Source: Pseudomonadota bacterium (GTDB taxonomy: Bacteria > Pseudomonadota > Gammaproteobacteria > Arenicellales > Poriferihabitantaceae). From it: a stretch of DNA of 64,000 nt. Below the pieces are notes generated by a model that was not told the origin of the DNA, searched no databases, and saw nothing but the letters and a program-made list of their open reading frames with translations. The stretch is from positions 1,170 to 65,169 of the forward strand of contig JBCCGE010000004.1 of the NCBI GenBank assembly GCA_039029455.1. Reading direction: 5' to 3'. Shown piece by piece: positions 51,271 through 63,000 of this stretch. Numbering within the stretch: position 1 is the stretch's first letter; each line of letters begins with the position of its first letter. The translations under genes and the position numbers were made by a program.

Positions 51271-52044
51271 CTACTTTTCGACAAACGCGCGTTCAATGAC
51301 GTACTCACGATAGTCACTTTTTCGAGTCTCCTGAAAACCGAAGCCGTCGAGGATTTCAGTCAGGCTCTTCAGCATGCTGGGACCACCACACAGCATAAAT
51401 CGGTCATCTTCAACCGAAAACGGTGGCATGCCAATATCGTTGAGCAGCTTGCCGGACTCCAGAAGTGTGGTGATTCTGCCGTAGTTTTTGAACGGTTCCC
51501 GTGTGACAGCAGGGTAGTAGATCAGTTTGTCTTTCACCGCATCACCAAAATACTCGTTCTCGAGCAGCTCATGAGTTATCAATTGCTGGTAGGTGAGCTC
51601 GTTGATATATCGACAGCCGTGAACCAGGATAACTTTCTCAAAATTCTCGTAAATCTCCGGGTCCTTGATGATCGACAAAAACGGTGCCAGTCCGGTTCCC
51701 GTGCTCAACAGGTAGAGGTGCTTGCCCGGTCTGAGGTGATCCCAAAGCAGTGTGCCCGTTGGCTTTTTGCTGACCAGTAACTCATCGCCGACTTTGATGT
51801 GTTGCAGACGCGATGTGAGCGGACCGTCCTGAACTTTTATGCTGTAGAACTCCAGATAATTCTCATAGTTGGAACTCGCCATACTGTAGGCCCGCATCAA
51901 TGGCTTGCCGTCAACTTCAATTCCAATCATGGCGAATTCGCCGTTTCGAAATCGCAGAGAAGGATCGCGCGTTGTCTTAATTGTAAACAGGGTGTCAGAC
52001 CAGTGATGAACGTCTGTAACAGTTTCGGTATGCGCTTTGGCCAT
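51271..52044 (-). CDS. fpr: ferredoxin--NADP(+) reductase
   Basis: ATG at 52044 (MAKAHTETVTDVHHWSDTLFTIKTTRDPSLRFRNGEF). RAYSMAS FAD motif, LLSTGTGLAPF and C-terminal YVIERAFVEK. Confidence 0.9.
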   Translation of the reverse strand: MAKAHTETVTDVHHWSDTLFTIKTTRDPSLRFRNGEFAMIGIEVDGKPLMRAYSMASSNYENYLEFYSIKVQDGPLTSRLQHIKVGDELLVSKKPTGTLLWDHLRPGKHLYLLSTGTGLAPFLSIIKDPEIYENFEKVILVHGCRYINELTYQQLITHELLENEYFGDAVKDKLIYYPAVTREPFKNYGRITTLLESGKLLNDIGMPPFSVEDDRFMLCGGPSMLKSLTEILDGFGFQETRKSDYREYVIERAFVEK

Positions 52045-52259
52045 CAGTCGGTTAGAGATTTCCAGAATGTGTTGAGCGTGTCGGTAAGGGCTCTGACTGC
52101 TTGCAGCGTCGGGATTATGCGCCGAACAGCACGTTCTCGGGAAGAGTTCATACTGTTTTTGCAATATTTCGCTGATTTCAGTAGAGACTCAGCGAGCGAC
52201 ATAGTGGGATGGTCAAAACGCAGTCTGACACGCGGTGCAGCAGTTGATGCAAAGTGAAT

Positions 52260-53240
52260 TTATCCGTACTTGTCAATCCAAAGGTTGATCAGATTGCGCG
52301 CAATCGAATCGCGACGAGGCAGCGCCAGAGTGGAATCCGGATCGTCGTACTCTCCAAACCCCAGCAATTCTTCGCGGGTAAACCACTGCGCATCTTCTAG
52401 CTCATCATTGTCCACACTGATTCTGCTTTGCGAGGTTGTCGCGTGAAATCCAAACATCATCGAAGACGGAAATGGCCAGGGTTGAGACGCCAGGTAGTGG
52501 GCGTCGTCGATATGGATACCCGCCTCTTCCAGCACCTCCCGCGCGACGGCTTCTTCCAGCGTCTCACCCGGGTCAACATAGCCGGCCAGCGTTGAATACA
52601 CTTTTTTTGGTAGTCCGCTGTGCCTGCCCAAAAGGCATCGAGGTATGCCGTCATTGGGTCTGGCCTGTTCGACCAACATGATGACCGCGGGATTGATATG
52701 GGGATAAGCCTCCCGTCCACAGTCAGCGTTCATGCAAATTCTCACATGTCCGCCGCGACGACTTTCATTGTGAGTACCGCAGCGACTGCAGTGACCATTC
52801 TGGCTGTGCCAGTAGTGCAATCCTCTGGCGTAGGCCATGATCGCGCTTTCCTGCTGCTTAAGGAGGGGGCCAATGTGACGCAGGTCAACAAATCTTGCGC
52901 TCAGACCCAGGCCTGCCGCCCAGTTGTTTGCCGCGGTCTCGTCGTCCGCATCGATCCCGGCTGAAAACACCGGATCGTTACCGAGATGACCGAGATAAAC
53001 AGGGTATTTGCCATTGTCAAAATCGGATCGAACCCGCGGCATCTCCAGCAGAAACAGGCCGGGCTTTTCCGGTCGGCTGATGTCGGTGAGATTCAGGTGT
53101 TTCCAGATAGGCAAAAACAGTGCCGATGGATTCAGCAACTGTTGCGTAATCCACTCGGTGCGTTCGCGCTCAGCCGAATGCCGGTTAAGTGGCATGCGGA
53201 TATAACTGAGATTTTCGAAACCGTCTTTAACCAGGGGCAT
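52260..53240 (-). CDS. nudC: NAD(+)/NADH diphosphatase NudC (zinc ribbon plus Nudix)
   Basis: CSRCG...C.NADCG zinc ribbon. Nudix box GYVDPGETLEEAVAREVLEEAGI. SQPWPFPSSMM motif. Confidence 0.9.
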   Translation of the reverse strand: MPLVKDGFENLSYIRMPLNRHSAERERTEWITQQLLNPSALFLPIWKHLNLTDISRPEKPGLFLLEMPRVRSDFDNGKYPVYLGHLGNDPVFSAGIDADDETAANNWAAGLGLSARFVDLRHIGPLLKQQESAIMAYARGLHYWHSQNGHCSRCGTHNESRRGGHVRICMNADCGREAYPHINPAVIMLVEQARPNDGIPRCLLGRHSGLPKKVYSTLAGYVDPGETLEEAVAREVLEEAGIHIDDAHYLASQPWPFPSSMMFGFHATTSQSRISVDNDELEDAQWFTREELLGFGEYDDPDSTLALPRRDSIARNLINLWIDKYG

Positions 53241-53260
53241 AAGCGATCCAGTCAGATTGA

Positions 53261-55087
53261 TCAGGCAGATTTCTTTAGTCGCGACGCCTGCTTGCGCTCA
53301 TGTTCCTTGAGGAGTTTTTTGCGAATGCGAATACTCGATGGAGTGATCTCTGCGAGCTCGTCATCGTCGATGATTTCGATTGCAGATTCCAGAGTGAGTC
53401 TCACGGGCGGTTCGAGAACGATGCTCTCATCTTTGCCGGCTGCACGGATATTGGTGAGTTGTTTGCCTTTAAGAGGGTTGACGATCAGGTCGTTGTCTCT
53501 TGAGTGCAGGCCAATAATCTGACCCTCATAGACCTCAGTGTTCGGGTGGATCAACAACCGGCCTCTCTCCTGCAGATTAAACAATGCAAATGCCAGAGCC
53601 TTGCCGGTCTCGGTTGAAATCAGAGCACCATTGCGTCGGGCGCTCAATTCGCCACCGGCTGTTGGCGCATACTTGTCAAACACGTGATAAATCAGCCCTG
53701 TGCCTGATGTTGTTGTCAAAAATTCGGTCTGAAACCCTATCAGTCCGCGGGCAGGTATGTTGTACTGCAGCCGGACCCGACCCCTGCCATCGGGCTGCAT
53801 GTCCTGCAGGGAACCGCCTCTTTTGCCGAGCGCTTCCATCACTGAGCCCTGGTGGATTTCTTCAATATCAACGCTGAGCTCTTCCCAGGGTTCGCAACGA
53901 ACGCCGTCGATGTCCTGATAGATAACCTGCGGCTTCGATACCGCGATTTCATAACCTTCACGTCGCATATTCTCGAGAAGTATCCCCAGATGCAGTTCCC
54001 CGCGACCCGATACCTTGAATACGTCCGCGTCATCGGTATCTTCGACGCGCAGTGCGACATTGTGAATGAGTTCCCGTCGCAGCCGTTCGCCGATCTGACG
54101 CGAGGTCACGTATTTGCCTTCGCGTCCTGCGAATGGGGATGTATTGACCTGAAAATTCATGCTCACTGTAGGTTCGTCAACGCTGAGTGACGGCAGCGCA
54201 TCCGGCTGATCCGGGCTGCACAGGGTATCGGAAATGCTCAGGTCTTCGATGCCGGTGATCGCAACGATGTCTCCGGCCTGCGCGGATTCAACCTCAACCC
54301 TTTCAAGCCCGTGAAACCCGAAAATCTGCAAAACCCTGCCACTTTTGCGTCGATCCTGCCGATCAATGCGCACCACGTTGGTTTTGTTCGAAATTCGACC
54401 TCGGGTAATGCGGCCAACACCGACTGTGCCCAGATACTGTGAGTAATCGAGGGATGAAATCTGCATCTGAAAACCACCGTCCAGATCTACATTCGGTGGA
54501 TTCACCTGCGTGACAATTGTCTCAAACAATACATCCATACTGTCTGTGCGAGTGTCCGCATCGGTGGTCGCGAAGCCTTCAATGGCGGACGCATAAACCA
54601 CCGGAAAATCGAGTTGCTCGTCGGTTGCACCAAGGCGATCAAAAAGGTCAAAGGTCTGGTCGAGTACCCAGTCCGGTCGAGAGCCTTCACGGTCTATCTT
54701 GTTGATCACCACTATGGGCTGCAGTCCATGAGCAAATGCTTTTTGAGTTACAAAGCGTGTCTGGGGCATTGGACCCTCGACAGCATCCACCAAAAGCAGC
54801 ACTGAATCGACCATCGAAAGCACGCGCTCCACTTCACCACCAAAATCGGCGTGACCCGGCGTATCTACAATATTAATCCTGTAATCGTTCCATCGAATCG
54901 CGGTATTTTTGGACAAAATCGTGATGCCGCGCTCTTTCTCTATATCGTTTGCATCCATGACTCGTTCCACAGGACCAAACCGCTCGCCAAGTGTCCCGGA
55001 CTGCTGCAAAAGCCGGTCAACCAGTGTGGTTTTGCCATGATCCACATGGGCGATGATGGCGATATTTCGAAGTTTCGAGACAGACAT
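53261..55087 (-). CDS. typA: translational GTPase TypA/BipA
   Basis: 608 aa. [18 protein letters not shown] (G1), [14 protein letters not shown] (G3) and NKIDR (G4). Confidence 0.97.
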   Translation of the reverse strand: MSVSKLRNIAIIAHVDHGKTTLVDRLLQQSGTLGERFGPVERVMDANDIEKERGITILSKNTAIRWNDYRINIVDTPGHADFGGEVERVLSMVDSVLLLVDAVEGPMPQTRFVTQKAFAHGLQPIVVINKIDREGSRPDWVLDQTFDLFDRLGATDEQLDFPVVYASAIEGFATTDADTRTDSMDVLFETIVTQVNPPNVDLDGGFQMQISSLDYSQYLGTVGVGRITRGRISNKTNVVRIDRQDRRKSGRVLQIFGFHGLERVEVESAQAGDIVAITGIEDLSISDTLCSPDQPDALPSLSVDEPTVSMNFQVNTSPFAGREGKYVTSRQIGERLRRELIHNVALRVEDTDDADVFKVSGRGELHLGILLENMRREGYEIAVSKPQVIYQDIDGVRCEPWEELSVDIEEIHQGSVMEALGKRGGSLQDMQPDGRGRVRLQYNIPARGLIGFQTEFLTTTSGTGLIYHVFDKYAPTAGGELSARRNGALISTETGKALAFALFNLQERGRLLIHPNTEVYEGQIIGLHSRDNDLIVNPLKGKQLTNIRAAGKDESIVLEPPVRLTLESAIEIIDDDELAEITPSSIRIRKKLLKEHERKQASRLKKSA

Positions 55088-55115
55088 ATCAATTTGCGGC
55101 GGTTAAGGGCAGGTA

Positions 55116-56060
<945 letters not shown>

Positions 56061-56217
56061 TTAAATCAGTGGGTTATCCCGAATAATTTTGCCGCCGGAT
56101 GACGGCGGAGCGATTCTAACTGAAATCGACGGGAGAATAGACAAAATAGTGCAGCAAGCACTGATATTTTCAATGTTGGAACTGTTTCACAATGGCAGGC
56201 GTGTGGTATCATCACAG

Positions 56218-56239
56218 CATATAAAGATATCTTTATATG
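56218..56239. promoter_or_regulatory. perfect 22-bp palindrome, candidate operator at the metK-ahcY promoter
   Basis: CATATAAAGAT|ATCTTTATATG: all 11 pairs were checked base by base. It starts 6 nt after an extended -10-like TGgTATCAT (56204-56212) and lies about 120 nt upstream of the metK ATG. Confidence 0.4.
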
Positions 56240-56359
56240 GTGCTTGAACCCTGATCGTTGCGATGATTGCGAACAGCCGGGGTTTGCCGTCGTGATCTGT
56301 TGCCGAGATGCGTCAGATCTTTCCCACAACGAATACGTATGAATACCGCTGGAGACCCC

Positions 56360-57526
56360 ATGTCTAGATCGTTTTTATTTACCTCTGAGTCAGTGTCCGA
56401 AGGACATCCGGACAAAGTTGCTGACCAGATTTCTGACGCTGTGCTCGATGCGCTGTTTACCCAGGACCCCCATTCGCGAGTGGCCTGTGAAACGATGATC
56501 AATACGGGGATGGCTGTGATCTCCGGTGAAATCACCACCAACGCCAATGTCGACTACACTGATGTGGTTCGCAATACGATCAGCGAAATTGGTTATAACT
56601 CGTCAGAGATGGGCTTCGATGCGGCCAGTTGCGCGGTCATTGTGTCACTTGATAAGCAGTCTCAGGATATTGCGCAGGGCGTGAATGAGGGTGAGGGCAT
56701 TGATCTCGATCAGGGTGCCGGCGATCAGGGTCTGATGTTCGGATACGCGTGTAACGAGACCGATGTGTTGATGCCATTTCCGATTACTTACGCCCACCGT
56801 CTGGTCAAGCAACAGGCGGACGTGCGCAAATCGGGCAAACTGGCGTGGCTGCGTCCCGATGCCAAGTCACAGGTCACCGTTCGGTACGAGGACGGTATGC
56901 CCAAATTCGTGGATACAGTTGTATTGTCGACGCAACACGACGATGGTGTTTCACACAATGATCTGTCAGAGGCGGTGATTGAGGAAATCATCAAACCCGT
57001 TCTTCCCGCCAACATGATTTCAGCTGATACGCGGTTCCTGGTGAACCCTACAGGTCGCTTTGTAATTGGTGGTCCGGTAGGGGACTGTGGTTTAACCGGC
57101 CGCAAAATTATTGTTGATACCTATGGCGGATCCGCTCACCACGGTGGCGGTGCATTCTCAGGCAAGGATCCATCCAAGGTTGATCGTTCCGCTGCCTACG
57201 CAACTCGCTATGTGGCCAAGAACGTTGTGGCTGCCGGGCTTGCGGATAAATGCGAGGTTCAGGTCGCTTATGCCATTGGTGTGGCTCAACCGGTGTCGGT
57301 GATGGTTGAAACGTTCGGAACAGGAAAAGTCGAGAATGAAGTCATCGAGTCATTGATTCTGGAGCACTTTGACCTGCGTCCAAAAGCGATTGTGCAGACT
57401 CTGGATCTGCTGCGACCGATCTATCGCAATTCCGCCGCTTACGGCCATTTTGGTCGAACCGAGTCGGAATTTTCCTGGGAACACACTGATAAGGCGGATG
57501 CGCTGAAAGCAGCCGCTGGAATTTAA
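56360..57526 (+). CDS. metK: S-adenosylmethionine synthase
   Basis: ATG at 56360 ([31 protein letters not shown]). [12 protein letters not shown] and [19 protein letters not shown]. The longer ORF from 56267 has no support. Confidence 0.97.
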   Translation: MSRSFLFTSESVSEGHPDKVADQISDAVLDALFTQDPHSRVACETMINTGMAVISGEITTNANVDYTDVVRNTISEIGYNSSEMGFDAASCAVIVSLDKQSQDIAQGVNEGEGIDLDQGAGDQGLMFGYACNETDVLMPFPITYAHRLVKQQADVRKSGKLAWLRPDAKSQVTVRYEDGMPKFVDTVVLSTQHDDGVSHNDLSEAVIEEIIKPVLPANMISADTRFLVNPTGRFVIGGPVGDCGLTGRKIIVDTYGGSAHHGGGAFSGKDPSKVDRSAAYATRYVAKNVVAAGLADKCEVQVAYAIGVAQPVSVMVETFGTGKVENEVIESLILEHFDLRPKAIVQTLDLLRPIYRNSAAYGHFGRTESEFSWEHTDKADALKAAAGI

Positions 57527-57558
57527 TTTAATCAATCTATATTTAGGAACTTACTATT

Positions 57559-58977
57559 ATGTCTACTCAAGCAGCAGAGCAACTGCAAGACGATTTTTAC
57601 GTCGCCGACCTTTCGCAGGCAGACTTTGGCCGCAAGGAGATTCGTATCGCGGAAAGTGAAATGCCAGGGTTGATGGCAATTCGAGACAACTACAAAGCCG
57701 ACCAGCCCTTAAAAGGGGCGCGGATTGCCGGCTCACTGCACATGACGATTCAAACCGCCGTGCTGATTGAGAGTCTGGTTGAACTGGGTGCTGAAGTGCG
57801 GTGGGCATCCTGCAACATCTTTTCAACTCAGGATCATGCCGCTGCTGCAATCGCTGCCGCGGGCATTCCTGTTTTTGCATTCAAGGGCGAAAACCTGGAC
57901 GAATACTGGGCGTTTACTCACCGCATCATGGAGTGGCATGACGGCGGTAGCCCAAACATGATCCTTGATGATGGTGGAGATGCGACAGGACTGCTGATAC
58001 TGGGCACCAAAGCAGAGAAAGATATTTCGGTTCTGGACAATCCGGGATCAGAAGAAGAAGTTGCATTGTTCAACTCGATTCGGGCTCGCCTGCAGAACGA
58101 TTCAACATGGTACAGCACGCGTCTGGAAAAAATTCAGGGGGTTTCAGAAGAGACCACGACCGGTGTTCACAGACTGTATCAGATGGCTAAAAACGGTGAT
58201 CTGCCGTTCCCGGCCATCAATGTGAATGATTCGGTCACAAAATCCAAGTTTGATAATCTTTACGGGTGTCGCGAGTCGCTGGTTGATGGCATCAAGCGGG
58301 CAACGGATGTCATGGTCGCCGGAAAAATTGCGGTCGTGCTCGGGTACGGTGATGTCGGCAAAGGGTCTGCACAGTCTCTGCGCGGGTTGGGCGCAACGGT
58401 GTGGATTACTGAAGTGGATCCGATCTGTGCACTGCAGGCGGCAATGGAAGGGTATCGCGTTGTGACGATGGACGATGCTTGCTCCCAGGCCGACATATTT
58501 GTGACTGCGACCGGTAACTTCAACGTCATCACGCACGATCATATGGTGCAGATGAAAGACGAGAGCATTGTCTGCAACATCGGACATTTCGATAATGAAA
58601 TCGATATTGCCAGTATGCGCCAATACGAGTGGGAAAACATAAAACCCCAGGTCGATCAGATCGTTCTGCCCAATGGCAATCGCATTACCTTGCTGGCTGA
58701 AGGGCGATTGGTGAATCTGGGTTGTGCTACCGGTCACCCGAGTTTCGTGATGAGTGCAAGTTTTACCAATCAGGTTCTGGCTCAGATCGAACTCTGGACT
58801 GATGGTGACAAGTATGAAAATCAGGTTTATGTGCTGCCGAAAAACCTGGATGAGGAGGTCGCGAGGCTTCACCTCGACAAGATTGGTGCAAATCTGACGA
58901 CCTTGTCTCAGACTCAGGCAGATTACATCAGCGTCCCGGTCGAAGGTCCCTATAAACCGGATCATTACCGTTACTGA
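57559..58977 (+). CDS. ahcY: adenosylhomocysteinase
   Basis: 472 aa. [37 protein letters not shown] and the NAD fold [14 protein letters not shown]-terminal KPDHYRY. 32 nt after metK. Confidence 0.97.
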   Translation: MSTQAAEQLQDDFYVADLSQADFGRKEIRIAESEMPGLMAIRDNYKADQPLKGARIAGSLHMTIQTAVLIESLVELGAEVRWASCNIFSTQDHAAAAIAAAGIPVFAFKGENLDEYWAFTHRIMEWHDGGSPNMILDDGGDATGLLILGTKAEKDISVLDNPGSEEEVALFNSIRARLQNDSTWYSTRLEKIQGVSEETTTGVHRLYQMAKNGDLPFPAINVNDSVTKSKFDNLYGCRESLVDGIKRATDVMVAGKIAVVLGYGDVGKGSAQSLRGLGATVWITEVDPICALQAAMEGYRVVTMDDACSQADIFVTATGNFNVITHDHMVQMKDESIVCNIGHFDNEIDIASMRQYEWENIKPQVDQIVLPNGNRITLLAEGRLVNLGCATGHPSFVMSASFTNQVLAQIELWTDGDKYENQVYVLPKNLDEEVARLHLDKIGANLTTLSQTQADYISVPVEGPYKPDHYRY

Positions 58978-58994
58978 TCGCGATTGCGTGATAG

Positions 58995-59025
58995 AAAAAC
59001 CGGGGTCCAGGCCCCGGTTTTTTTG
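58995..59025 (+). terminator. rho-independent terminator of metK-ahcY
   Basis: AAAAACCGGGGtccagGCCCCGGTTTTTTT, 18 nt after the ahcY stop. Confidence 0.85.
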
Positions 59026-59180
59026 TGTGTCTGATACGGAACAGACAGGGAATTCACGGCGGAGTCGCTAAACTTTTAAAATGATTTTTGGCAAGCACGA
59101 TCATATGGGCCATAATTCAACAAAAAATAACAATTAGTTCCACCTGTAATTGACAGAGATGTCAGTCTTTTGGGTTTTGT

Positions 59181-60623
59181 ATGAGCGTTGTATTTACCGC
59201 GATTCGATTGCACGCATGCACAGTGGCGCTGGCATCGATGCTGTTAGTGCCGGCTTCGTGGGGACAGGATGTTGCACAGCAGCTGGAAATCGCAGCCAGA
59301 GAGGGTAATCGTGTTGCCGCTTATAACCTTTGGGCCGTTTTAAGAAAATCGCAGGACACCCACAAACGCGGCCTGGCTGAACTCTGGCTCGAAGATGCCG
59401 CGTCCTCGGGATACGCTCAGGCGCAGCTTAAGTTGGCTGCCCAGATTCTCGAAACAGCATTCACACCCAGAAAAAACTTCGCCAGAATTGAACAGGCAAT
59501 CACCTGGCTTCGGTTGGCCGGACAACAGGGATCTACTGACGCTCGATACAACCTGGCCTGGATCGGGCTAAACGTTATTGGCGCATCTGTCACCCGCAAC
59601 GAGGCCGTGGGCTTTCTTGAGTCTCTTGAGGCTTCGGGTTCAACGCAGGCATCCTTCGCGCTGAAGGCGGTGCGAACCGGAAGCCTGGGCGATGTTCCGG
59701 GTCTTATCTTCCCTGACAACAGTCCCAAAGCGATGCTGCCATTCAAGTCATCAATCGTTTATCCATCGGTCGACTTTTTTGGTGGGGCAGGGACCGTTCA
59801 GGCGCTGGGTGCGCTTCCAAGGAACACCAGGGTGGAGATATTGCGTGAACACAATAATCGATTGGAAGTTCGAGGACTTGATGGTGTACCCATGTGGATC
59901 AGAGGGGACGAGGTAAGCCTGGAGTCGGCCGCAGCGGTCGTTTCCGGAATTCGCGGCACACTTTTTTCGGTACCGGATTCGACTTCTAGTTCTATAAGTA
60001 TTGTTTCCAAGGATGAGCTTTTGCCAGTTCTGGGCCGAAAAAGTGGCTGGTTGCGCGTTTTGTCTCCCAATCGCGTCTCGGTCTGGATCAAAAAGGACCC
60101 TCGATTTTTCGAAAAACCGGAAATTAAAGAGGTAGCGGTGAAACGCGCCAAATCAGGTTCGTTGCTGCAGATGCAAAGTGTCGCCGCCGCCTCTGGCGCG
60201 GAGTCGGGATCAGCAGAGATCGAATCAAGCCGTCAGTCAGCATCGCTTCAGAATGCGGAAAATCTCTTTCAGGCAGACCGAAGGTACAAGGTACTTGAAC
60301 GCCCGGAGCCGGACGCAAATCTTGTGGGTACAATTGAGGCTGGAGAGTATATTCAGTTTCTAAAGCGCGACGGAGTAGTCGGCGAAATATTATCTGAGGG
60401 CAGACTCGGTGGATGGATTGTTTCCCGATTTGTCGACGTATCGGGCGATTCGGGAACCGTGACTGGCGATCGTGTCAGGATTCGCGCCGCGCCCGGAACC
60501 GGTGAGGACGCGACAATAATCCGTGAAGTCAATTCGGGAAGTCGGTTTAAGCTGATTGAGAGACGCGGTGACTGGCTTCGAATTGAACTGGGCAATACCC
60601 TTGGAAAAGGCATCGAGTTGTGA
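59181..60623 (+). CDS. secreted Sel1-like repeat plus SH3b-like domain protein
   Basis: Signal peptide (LHACTVALASMLLVPASWG). Sel1-type repeats (AASSGYAQAQLKLA, AGQQGSTDARYNLAWIG). Three segments with a bacterial SH3-like pattern (VEILREHNNRLEVRGLDGVPMWI, GWLRVLSPNRVSVWI, FKLIERRGDWLRIEL). Confidence 0.6.
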   Translation: MSVVFTAIRLHACTVALASMLLVPASWGQDVAQQLEIAAREGNRVAAYNLWAVLRKSQDTHKRGLAELWLEDAASSGYAQAQLKLAAQILETAFTPRKNFARIEQAITWLRLAGQQGSTDARYNLAWIGLNVIGASVTRNEAVGFLESLEASGSTQASFALKAVRTGSLGDVPGLIFPDNSPKAMLPFKSSIVYPSVDFFGGAGTVQALGALPRNTRVEILREHNNRLEVRGLDGVPMWIRGDEVSLESAAAVVSGIRGTLFSVPDSTSSSISIVSKDELLPVLGRKSGWLRVLSPNRVSVWIKKDPRFFEKPEIKEVAVKRAKSGSLLQMQSVAAASGAESGSAEIESSRQSASLQNAENLFQADRRYKVLERPEPDANLVGTIEAGEYIQFLKRDGVVGEILSEGRLGGWIVSRFVDVSGDSGTVTGDRVRIRAAPGTGEDATIIREVNSGSRFKLIERRGDWLRIELGNTLGKGIEL

Positions 60624-60877
60624 GGCTAATTTGCAGAGCAACTGAGATGAAAAGCGGCCGCTAATTATGAAAGCATGAGGACCGCAGACAGTTGTATTAA
60701 GCCTAAAATTAAGTAATACTTGTTATGCAATTTAAACAATACTTCGAAGTGACTCGTTTTTATTATATTTGCTTGCTTCGAACATATGCGTGCGTCTGAC
60801 TGCTGTCAGCATGCGCACCACTCCATTTTGTTGGTTAACTTTCAACTCCACCATTAAATAACTCACGAGGAATATTC

Positions 60878-61969
60878 ATGACATTAGAACGTCGAAGCTT
60901 TCTAAAGAAAGCAGCTGTCGCAGGAGCAGGTGCTGCTGCAACGACTCTTGCAGCACCAGCGATTTCGCAAGGACGTGAAAAACTCACTATGGTCACTGCC
61001 TGGGGCAGAGGCCTGGCCGGCGTATTTGACGCCGCGCAGCGAGTTGCGGACTCTGTAAACGCCATGTCTGGCGGCACCCTTGAAATTGAAGTAAAGGCGC
61101 AGGGTGAATTGGTGTCAGGCCTTCCCGCAGTATTCGATGCGGTGACCTCTGGTCAGGCTGACATGTACCATGCAGCAGACTATTACTATGTTGGGCAGCA
61201 TCCGGCGTTCGGTTTCTTCACTGCAGTGCCAATGGGTATGACCTGCACAGAGATCAATAACTGGTACTACCATATGGGTGGCCGTGAACTGCATCTCGAG
61301 CTTGGTGAAGAATTCGGTCTGGTTTCATTCCTGGCCGGTAACACCGGCGTACAGGCCGGCGGCTGGTTTCGCAAGGAAATTAACAGCGCAGAAGACTTTA
61401 ACGGTCTGAAATTCCGTATGCCTGGACTTGGTGGTAAGGCTTTGGCAAAACTGGGCGCATCGGTACAAACCATACCCGGATCAGAGGTTTACCAGGCATT
61501 GGCCTCTGGTGCGATTGACGGTACAGAGTGGATTGGTCCTTGGGCTGACGAGAAAGCCGGCTTTCAGGAAATCACCAAAATTTTCTACACTTCCGGCTTT
61601 CACGAGCCTGCGGCGGCACTTGCGCTCGGTTGTAACGCTGATCGCTTCAACAGCCTTAAGCCTGAGCACCAGAAACTGATTGAAATTGCTGCTGGCGACG
61701 CCAATGCCTGGAGCTACAACCAGTTTATGTCCAATAACGGTGCAGCACTCGCCCGATTGATTGCGGGTGGTGTCAGAACTCTGGAATTCCCGGATTCAGT
61801 CTGGGATGCATTTGGCAAAGCGACCGACGAAGTAATGGAAGAGAATATGGATGACGACCTGTTCAAACGAACATTCGATTCCATGCGTGACTCAATGCGC
61901 AAGTCGGCCGACTGGATCCAGCGATCAGACGGCTCATACAGCGCGCAGCGCAACCGCGTTCTGGGCTAA
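60878..61969 (+). CDS. TRAP transporter substrate-binding protein (DctP type, COG4663-like) with Tat signal
   Basis: MTLERRSFLKKAAVAGAGAAATTLAAPAIS twin-arginine signal. DctP-family pattern (GLKFRMPG..G, GAIDGTEWIGPW). GAGGAA Shine-Dalgarno. Confidence 0.88.
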   Translation: MTLERRSFLKKAAVAGAGAAATTLAAPAISQGREKLTMVTAWGRGLAGVFDAAQRVADSVNAMSGGTLEIEVKAQGELVSGLPAVFDAVTSGQADMYHAADYYYVGQHPAFGFFTAVPMGMTCTEINNWYYHMGGRELHLELGEEFGLVSFLAGNTGVQAGGWFRKEINSAEDFNGLKFRMPGLGGKALAKLGASVQTIPGSEVYQALASGAIDGTEWIGPWADEKAGFQEITKIFYTSGFHEPAAALALGCNADRFNSLKPEHQKLIEIAAGDANAWSYNQFMSNNGAALARLIAGGVRTLEFPDSVWDAFGKATDEVMEENMDDDLFKRTFDSMRDSMRKSADWIQRSDGSYSAQRNRVLG

Positions 61970-61989
61970 TTCGTCCTCATCAAGACCGA

Positions 61990-62021
61990 ACAAGGCCAGG
62001 CACTGCCTGGCCTTGTTTTTA
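61990..62021 (+). terminator. intra-operon terminator/attenuator hairpin between the TRAP SBP and permease genes
   Basis: ACAAGGCCAGGcactgCCTGGCCTTGT followed by TTTTAT: an 11-bp perfect stem. Confidence 0.65.
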
Positions 62022-62089
62022 TATAATCGGTTAAAGCGCTCGACTGGGCGCGCATATAATTACACGATCATACCGATCAGGAGGAAACC

Positions 62090-62962
62090 GTGCTGACAAT
62101 CTGGGGCATCGTTAAATCGTTGTTGATGGGATTCGTTGATCTTGTCCTGCTGCCCTATCACATCTATCAGTGGTTGCAGCTGGAAACCCTGAAAGAAAGG
62201 ATGTCAGCGCTGACGCTCGCCGGGTACTCATCAGAATTTTTGTGCATGGTTATTGCACTAATGATCATTGTTACCGCTGTAGGCATCTGGCGAATTTCAT
62301 TTTTAAGAAAAACTGTTCATGGATTGCAGATGTTCACCGGAGGTGTGGGCAAGGTCGCCTGTTGGGCTGCACTGATAATGATGATTCAGCAGGTTCTGAT
62401 TATTGCGATTGGCCAGATCTTTCGGGGAAACGAGATTTTTCTTGCGCCACTCGGTGTTGATTTCATTGGATCTGAACTGCAGCTCCAATGGCTATCAGGC
62501 CAGCTCAAGCTGTATAACGCGATTCTGATCGCCATGGCCTCTGCGTACACGTTCATCGAGGGCGGGCATGTGCGAGTAGATTTGATATATGCTGGTGTGT
62601 CCTACCGAACAAAGAAAATAATTGATCTGGTAGGAACCGTGTTATTTCTGTTCCCGTCTTCGATATTGCTGTGGTGGTTCGCCTGGCCACTTGCCACCAA
62701 CTCTGTTTTCGCCCAGCGTCCTATGAACGTGTGGTCAGAGAAAGCGAGATGGCGAGACTTCAAGTGGGAGTCGTCTGGTACGGCGGAGTTCACCTGGGTC
62801 TGGGCATTTAAGGTGCTCATCGTTGTCTTCGCCGCCATGATGCTGATTCAGGCATTTACATTTCTGCTGCGTAATATTCTTGCGCTCAAGGAAGATCACG
62901 AGATTGAGGCTCACCCCAATCTGGATAAGCAGAGTGATGTGATTCACGTTCCCAGTCACTAA
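62090..62962 (+). CDS. TRAP transporter small permease (DctQ-like) with N-terminal extension
   Basis: GTG start 5 nt after a strong AGGAGG. 290 aa with about 6 hydrophobic helices. The C-terminal two thirds have a DctQ-like pattern (HVRVDLIY). Confidence 0.75.
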   Translation: MLTIWGIVKSLLMGFVDLVLLPYHIYQWLQLETLKERMSALTLAGYSSEFLCMVIALMIIVTAVGIWRISFLRKTVHGLQMFTGGVGKVACWAALIMMIQQVLIIAIGQIFRGNEIFLAPLGVDFIGSELQLQWLSGQLKLYNAILIAMASAYTFIEGGHVRVDLIYAGVSYRTKKIIDLVGTVLFLFPSSILLWWFAWPLATNSVFAQRPMNVWSEKARWRDFKWESSGTAEFTWVWAFKVLIVVFAAMMLIQAFTFLLRNILALKEDHEIEAHPNLDKQSDVIHVPSH

Positions 62963-63000
62963 TGCCGACTGGTATACACAAGACAGACAAGAGTTAAAAC

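Noticed and set aside
51202-51780. 192-aa ORF antisense to fpr
   Set aside because: It overlaps the clearly recognisable ferredoxin-NADP reductase gene and has no independent support.
58144-58965. 273-aa ORF antisense to ahcY
   Set aside because: It lies fully within the highly conserved ahcY coding region. It has no motif and is a shadow ORF.
60654-60661. GCGGCCGC palindrome after the Sel1/SH3 gene
   Set aside because: It is only 8 bp, has no flanking T-run and is not a convincing terminator or operator.
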